A stretch of 59,185 nucleotides of DNA, the filler included, from Squatina squatina (lineage: Eukaryota): NCBI GenBank assembly GCA_031763465.1. It is 3 parts of 3 records of this genome, joined end to end, with 100 filler letters (N's around TTAATTAATTAA, not from the genome) between each part and the next. Parts side by side here need not be neighbours in the genome. Positions count along the whole stretch, not along the records: positions 45,636 to 59,185 come from JARFOE010000046.1; 2 more parts are not named here. One strand, 5' to 3'. The notes beneath the pieces were generated by a model. The model worked only from the letters and a program-made list of their open reading frames with translations. It was not told the DNA's origin and did no database searches. The position numbers were made by a program, and so were the translations under genes. How positions within the stretch are numbered: the stretch's first letter is position 1; every line of letters begins with the position of its first letter. Positions 51,594 through 59,185 of this stretch are shown piece after piece.

Positions 51594-52197
51594 GTATTAG
51601 ATGTTGATATTCTGAAGATAATTTCTAACTTGAATAGAAATAAAATACCCGCTTGTTCTGTGCTGTTTACTTAATTATACATAGAAGTACCTTGTATTCT
51701 GAAGCTAGCTTAGGAGATCACTCATCTGGATTGCAGAGCATTTTCCTATCCCACTGTATTGCCTATTTTGCATTCAAAGACTGCTAGGAAATGCTGTATA
51801 GAAGAAGCTACTTTGTTTCTGGAAACTTGAATGGGTCCAAAAATATAATTTGAAAAATCTGACTCCAATTTGAGCTGCTAAAACGAATTTAGATTTGTAA
51901 TTGTTTGTATCCTCGACCCTCAGTCTGTTGCACCCTTCCCAGTTGAGGGGATGAGCTGGGGTTGTGCTGTTGCCACTTGAAACTCAGTGGGCCATGAAAA
52001 TGTATATGCATACTTTGTATTTGTGAAGTACTGTTCCACAATACAAATTTGGATGCTACTGTAGAAAGCACAGTTAGTGTAGGATAAAGTGCTAACACAT
52101 TCTTAAACATAAAACACTTGTTAAAATCAGATGGCTAAAATTTCATCAAGTACTGTTATTTGGAAGAGAAATGTAACTTGATTTTTATCTTCTGTAG

Positions 52198-52311
<114 letters not shown>

Positions 52312-52396
52312 TAAGTATTTTACTGGATGGTGTGCAATAGCAAATGTTGAATGGTCCCAGTATGAACCTGGCTGTTTAACATTTCAGACTTGTTAG

Positions 52397-52952
<556 letters not shown>

Positions 52953-53865
52953 TAATATTTCTGCCATTGACTTTTGTTGGATTCAAAGCCAAACCAACAG
53001 TTGGATGTTGTCTTCAAAAAGTAAAGCTGGCCTGGTTCCTTGTGATTGGTTTATAGAATGGTTTCAACGCTTAATGCTGAGAATTGCAGTTATAAAAGCA
53101 GATGAAATTCAAGAGACCAGTCCTTAAACACTTCTTGCCCCTGCCCCAGTCACATGGGCTGGGTGAGATTTTGCTTGAGTCTTGATTGATGGAATTTAAA
53201 TTTTAAAAACCCTGCATTCAATTCCAATTCAAGAAATTCTCAATTGTTTTTCCCTTTTTATTCCACTTTCCTACTCCTGCCCACTGGAGATGGCCTGGCT
53301 TCCCAGCAAATCAGAAGTCCAGGTTTTGGGAATTGTTAGTGTCTAAATTGGAAGGGCTGCTGATAACTAGTGCCCTAAAATAAACTTCTCCATGGTACTG
53401 GGGTCAAATGGGCCAATGCTCAGCTTAAAGGATGCTTTTCTAATTTCAGATGTAATTAATTTCAGGATTTTCATTTTAGAGTGGGTAGGTGTTGACATAA
53501 GGTGCCATCTAGTCATTATTATGTTGTGTCCTGGATAGAACCTGTACTCCAAACTTTGGTAGTGAGCAGGGAAATGTGTGGACAACTGCTCTTGTCCCAT
53601 GAAAATTGATTGAGCACAAAAATAAATCTCTTTGGCTGCCACTTAAGGAGAACTGGACCATTAACTTGTCCTGATGTATATCTTTCTGAAGCAAGCAATT
53701 TGGTCATGCTTAGTTATGTTCTATTCCATTATTGAACTTAACACACTTTGGTGTTTTCACTTGTTNNNNNNNNNNNNNNNNNNNNNNNNNNNNNNNNNNN
53801 NNNNNNNNNNNNNNNNNNNNNNNNNNNNNNNNNNNNNNNNNNNNNNNNNNNNNNNNNNNNNNNNN

Positions 53866-54108
<243 letters not shown>

Positions 54109-54142
54109 TAACTTGCTACTTTCTACTTGAATGCAAAATTAG

Positions 54143-54310
54143 GGGATCTTGTTCTTCTGGATGTTTGCCCCCTGACTCTTGGAATTGAAACTGTTGGTGG
54201 TGTCATGACCAAGCTAATCCCACGTAACACAGTGGTCCCAACCAAAAAGTCTCAGATTTTCTCAACAGCTTCTGATAACCAACCCACTGTAACCATCAAG
54301 GTATATGAAG
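54143..54310 (+). CDS. HSPA5: HSPA5 coding exon 8
   Basis: 168 nt. [55 protein letters not shown]. Confidence 0.96.
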
Positions 54311-54495
54311 GTAGGTTGCAGCTTCATTTAATTTTGATTTTGTTGTACACAGATTCTGGCTATAAAATTCTACTGCAAGGGAACTACTGCTTTTGTATTT
54401 CACTGAATTATTCACTTTGATTAATGTTGGATAATCAATAACCATGTTTGGTCAAATAGATGTAGTAAAGTTTACCCAATGAAAAACTAGCACCA

Positions 54496-54690
54496 AAGCA
54501 AAACACTGCAGATGCTGGAAATTTGAAATAAAAACTGAAAATACTCAGCAGATCAGGCAGCATTTGGAGAAACAATTGATGTTTCAGGTTGCTGACCTTT
54601 TTTGAGGTTATTGACCTAGAATGTTAACTTTGTCTCCACAGATGCTGCCTAAGTTGAGTGTTTCCATCATTTTTTGTTTATTCAAAATTA
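54496..54690. repeat. Palindromic repeat made of two inverted Penelope-associated terminal units
   Basis: Left arm ...ctcagcagatcaggcagcatttggaga...gtttcaggt is complementary to right arm ...acctagaatgttaac...tctccacagatgctgcct. The right arm also resembles 41985-42058. Confidence 0.65.
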
Positions 54691-54990
54691 AAGCTTCTGT
54701 TCTAGTCATGCTTCCATNNNNNNNNNNNNNNNNNNNNNNNNNNNNNNNNNNNNNNNNNNNNNNNNNNNNNNNNNNNNNNNNNNNNNNNNNNNNNNNNNNN
54801 NNNNNNNNNNNNNNNNNTCCATGACTGCTTAACATGCAAGTTGTGGGTTCCTATGGCTCAGACTGCATTGTACTGCACATAACTAGTGCAGAAGTGGTAC
54901 TGGCTGTTCCATACAGTTCAAAACTTGATGTACGTGATGTTTGTTTTGCAAGTGCTTGAAACATCTGGCTTATATTGTCCTGTTTTGTAG

Positions 54991-55553
54991 GTGAGCGTCC
55001 GCTGACCAAAGATAACCATCTTCTTGGTACCTTTGACTTGACTGGTATTCCTCCAGCACCTCGTGGTGTTCCTCAGATTGAAGTGACATTTGAAATAGAC
55101 GTGAATGGAATCCTGCGTGTTACTGCTGAGGACAAAGGCACTGGCAATAAAAACAAGATTACCATTACAAATGACCAGAACCGTCTGACCCCAGAAGAAA
55201 TTGAGAGGATGGTAAATGATGCAGAGAAATTTGCTGAAGAGGATCAAAAACTTAAAGAGCGTATTGATGCTAGAAATGATCTAGAAAGCTATGCTTATTC
55301 TCTGAAGAACCAGATTGGTGATAAAGAAAAACTTGGTGGCAAGCTGTCGGCGGAGGACAAAGAAGCCATCGAGAAAGCTGTGGAGGAAAAGATTGAATGG
55401 CTTGAAAGTCACCAAGATTCTGAAATAGAAGACTTCAAAGCTAAGAAGAAGGAACTTGAAGAGATTGTTCAGCCAATTGTTAGTAAGCTGTATGGGAGTG
55501 CAGGTGGATCCCCACCAGAAGAGGAGGAAGAGACTGAAAAGGATGAGTTGTAA
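54991..55553 (+). CDS. HSPA5: HSPA5 last coding exon, ending in KDEL
   Basis: [33 protein letters not shown]...[14 protein letters not shown]. The ER-retrieval signal identifies BiP. Confidence 0.97.
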
Positions 55554-55975
55554 TCCTAAGGACCCATAACATGTTAATTTGTAAATAATGGACTGAACTT
55601 CACAGTTTGGGAAATTCTCTGAATGATAAGGACTTAACTCTTGAATGTATGTGCAGAATTTTCACAAGCGAAGTGAACATTCTTAATGGCTCAGTACTTT
55701 GCATTGCAGTTTCAGCATGAATGATCCAGTGGGGAGGACTCAGATTAGGGATGTCAAGGTGGGGTGGGAAGCGGGCAGTGGGTTATGAANNNNNNNNNNN
55801 NNNNNNNNNNNNNNNNNNNNNNNNNNNNNNNNNNNNNNNNNNNNNNNNNNNNNNNNNNNNNNNNNNNNNNNNNNNNNNNNNNNNNNNNNTTCTCCAACTA
55901 CACATTTTTTCTATTTATTTGAACTCCCTTGTTTGGTCTGTGTAAGTGTAGAAAATATTTTCTACTGTATTGACC

Positions 55976-55981
55976 AATAAA
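55976..55981 (+). promoter_or_regulatory. Candidate HSPA5 polyadenylation signal
   Basis: AATAAA downstream of the stop codon, followed by GT/T-rich sequence. A gap lies between the stop and this site. Confidence 0.55.
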
Positions 55982-58831
55982 TGTTATGTTTGATATGAAT
56001 ATTGCTTTGTCTTAAGGATTTAGATATTTGGAAAATGAAAATGCTGATGACCACAGGTGACTAAATGTGTCCTGCTGTACAAGGTTTAAAATTAGTTTAA
56101 TCACTTCTACATTTGGCTTTGTTCTGAGCACTTTGATCCACCATGCACTACCTGCCCTGCTACTTGCAGTACTACTGAGATACTATGAAATTGTACAAAT
56201 CTACTTGGAATGGGATTTGAACAAGTATAATTGTACACTCTGCCACATCTGTTCTGATTAACAGTCCTCGAATAGCCTTCATGCCATAAATTAATTTTGT
56301 TAAGCTATTTTCAAAAATACCTTTGTAAAACCAGTGGTACATTTGAAATACAAGATGCTAAGCTGTCAAATCCCTCAAGTGGGTGGAGTGGGGGTGGCAG
56401 AGCTTGGATTGTCAAGTGAATTTTGTAAAATCCATCAATAATGCAACCTGCAGTAATAGACCACAGGTACATCAAAGTTGGAAAAGCTTGGCTCTTCAGT
56501 TAAGTTTATTCATTAAATTTAACTTTCAAATTGTATTGAGCTCTCTGATCAGTTTCTAATATACATCACAGCAGTATGCTGCACAAGAGCTTGTGTAATA
56601 ACTTGAGGTAGGTGTGTTCTGTACTCAGTTTGAAAGATAAACAGACCATAACAAACAAGCCCCAATGTTCATTTTAGAAATGATGCAATTTCAGCCAGGC
56701 ATGTGTGGTCTCCAACTCAGTAGCGTAGACATTTCTTTGTCATGGTTCCATTTTATTGGTTTGGAGATGTGAAAAGGGCTTTGTCAAATTATTTTCCCAG
56801 CATATTGGAACAGCCCTGGACCAAGCTATGCTGCTGCAGTGTTATTGTACCTGCCAAGAGTGTTGAGTAGTTGAGTACAATATTGCAGTGCCTGGAACAG
56901 TTAGTACATTCTGATTTGTAACACCAAGCAGGAGTTGTTGTCATTCATCAAAGCTAGCAGAGGGAAGCTACTAGTTGAAATATATGACCCTTAAGTTTTG
57001 ATTTGTTTGGGTTCAGTAAGTTCTGAATGGAAGAACTGAAACACTTAATCTGAAAGCCCAAGTATTTAAAATTTTTCAGAAGCTGCTGAGCTCCACCTAC
57101 AGGCAGAACATATAATAGATGAGTTACTGTTTCAATTGGTATGAACAATTAAATGCACTATTACTAAATTAGCAGTGACATCATTCACTGATTAGAGTAT
57201 TTTACCATTGCACTTCCTTTCATGATGTAAGCTGAGCTCCACTTGTGTAGTTTTTTCCCCTCTAACAGCCAATTAAATTTGTACAAGAATATCAACCACT
57301 TCTACACTGAGCTTTCAAAAACTGCAGTGATAAATTGCACTAATCCCTTGCAATTCTTCAATAGGGGGGAAAACTTTTTCCCTTGGCAATTTTATCCCTA
57401 TCATCAATTACCCATGTCATTGTTGAGTGGGTATAGGCTTTTTTTAATATTGTCAATGGGTTTTCTTCCTGAAATACAGCAGCTGCCACCCTCTGCTTGT
57501 GATGAGCATCAGTTATTTAATGCCAATGTATTGTACAATAAGTGAATGTTTAGTTAAAGTAGGAAGCTATTTTTCTCCAATATTAACACCAGCAATAATA
57601 AACACACCTACGTGGACATAAGGCACATGAACAGAACTGTGGGTTGTACAGTTTCAATCACCCTTTATATTCAGTTTGTTTTCAAACTAACTACTGGAAA
57701 AAAGTTTTCCAACACTGTATAGACAACCAATTTCAATAAAGATGCATTGTAATGTATGACCATGTTAAGACTGATTTTATATCTGCAGTGACAGTCTTGG
57801 CATTAGCACAATTGGATAACTTTAAACATTCATTTCACAGAACAATGGTGTGATAAAGGCTGATCAAAATCACAAATGAAATCCTCTGTGACTGTATCTC
57901 TGNNNNNNNNNNNNNNNNNNNNNNNNNNNNNNNNNNNNNNNNNNNNNNNNNNNNNNNNNNNNNNNNNNNNNNNNNNNNNNNNNNNNNNNNNNNNNNNNNN
58001 NNCATTCCACTTTATTTGTGAGGTTATAAATTTTGTCAAGCTACCAGGTTTATTTTGGTGAACCAAGATAAATTATAAGGCAATATTGAATCACTTCATG
58101 TTGGGATGTTGATTCTCGTGCACAAAATGGATGCCTTTGAAGATATTAGTCAAATTGACCTCTACATTAAGACAGAATGAAGGTTGGCAAAGTTTTTATT
58201 TTTAAAAGAACTTGATTTCTATTCAGCTGCTTTATCTGTGTTTGTATTTGCATGCTATAATGTGGTGGTGGTGGTTGACTGGTGTTGAGATGAGTGGGTG
58301 GGGATGTGGAAACTAGAGGAATCACTCCAGGTCAGTCACTGCCATCTGTGTGGTACTAGCACACTGAAAGATTTCCGACTGTGGAGAGAAAATGTAAATG
58401 TCTTTTAAAATGTACCCTCATGTTTTCAAAAGAGTATTTGGTGATTCCTTGTGACGAAGGTTGGTGTGCTGTGGCAGATGACAGTTTATTACCAGTGTTG
58501 TTGTAGATGTTTTGTTTAGTCAAGAAATGCTCTTTAATATTTAGTGATAAGGGCAATGGTGTTAACTATCAAAGAGCCAAGAATTTCAGTTATACTATTC
58601 TAAAGAAAATGTATATATTTTATCTATAAGCAGGGCCCTTGATGGGTGTAGGCAGACTGTAACATTAATTTCCATAAAAGCTGGCACAGCTGTTTGCAAT
58701 TTCTGTTGAGCTGTAATTATATTGAATGGTTATTGACCTGCTATTTTCCAGAGCCTGTGTGAGACTTCAGTTAGAAATTTGGTGGTTTTAAATTTTATTG
58801 ACTTTTTAAAGTAATTTATTTTCTCTTTTAG

Positions 58832-58927
58832 CGACTGTGTGACTATGTATGTGACTTGCTTTTGGAAGAGTCTAATGTTCAGCCAGTGTCTACACCAGTT
58901 ACTGTCTGTGGGGACATACATGGACAG
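58832..58927 (+). CDS. PPP6C: PPP6C (protein phosphatase 6 catalytic subunit) exon 2
   Basis: tttag acceptor and gtgagt donor, 96 nt. [32 protein letters not shown], with the GDIHG motif. Synteny with HSPA5 and GAPVD1. Absent from the ORF track. Confidence 0.95.
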
Positions 58928-59185
58928 GTGAGTTTATTTTAAATAGATTTGAGTTTTAATCTTTTGTTCCTTGAAGGGCAGCTACTCTGGAACAGACTTC
59001 AGAAATGTATAGCTGCTTAATCATTTTTAGTTTATCCTTTGAATCTGCTTCTTAAATGCCCATATAGAATTTCCCCCTTTCATGCGAGTTCGACTGCGGT
59101 CAGATGTTTACTTCAGAGCTGTCTAACAGTGACGTGACTTCATGTCCCATCAGTGGCTAACTGGCACAAATCAGTCGTGCAAATT

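Overview
This is eukaryotic vertebrate genomic DNA, not prokaryotic. The repeat complement (Deu-type SINEs, CR1 and L2 LINEs, Penelope-like remnants, MITEs) suggests a cartilaginous fish. It is a heavily gapped draft, and two artificial N44-TTAATTAATTAA-N44 spacers (24186-24285, 45536-45635) join three unrelated scaffolds. Scaffold 1 (1-24185) carries the last coding exon of ZFAND6, seven ARNT2 exons and one ABHD17C exon, all on + and in the human chr15 order. Scaffold 2 (24286-45535) is mostly non-coding. It holds one candidate signal-peptide first exon of an unidentified minus-strand gene, a decayed Harbinger transposase and nested mobile elements. Scaffold 3 (45636-59185) carries the first coding exon of GAPVD1 (-), head-to-head with a nearly complete HSPA5/BiP gene (+, ending in KDEL), followed by a PPP6C exon (+), matching human chr9. 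Most ORF-track entries are spurious or run through N gaps. I found no well-supported novel biological system. The most interesting points are paralogue-mosaic ARNT2 and ZFAND6 residues, an apparent extra HSPA5 intron, the unassigned signal-peptide exon and the transposon nesting. All comparisons with human sequences are from memory, not from a search.
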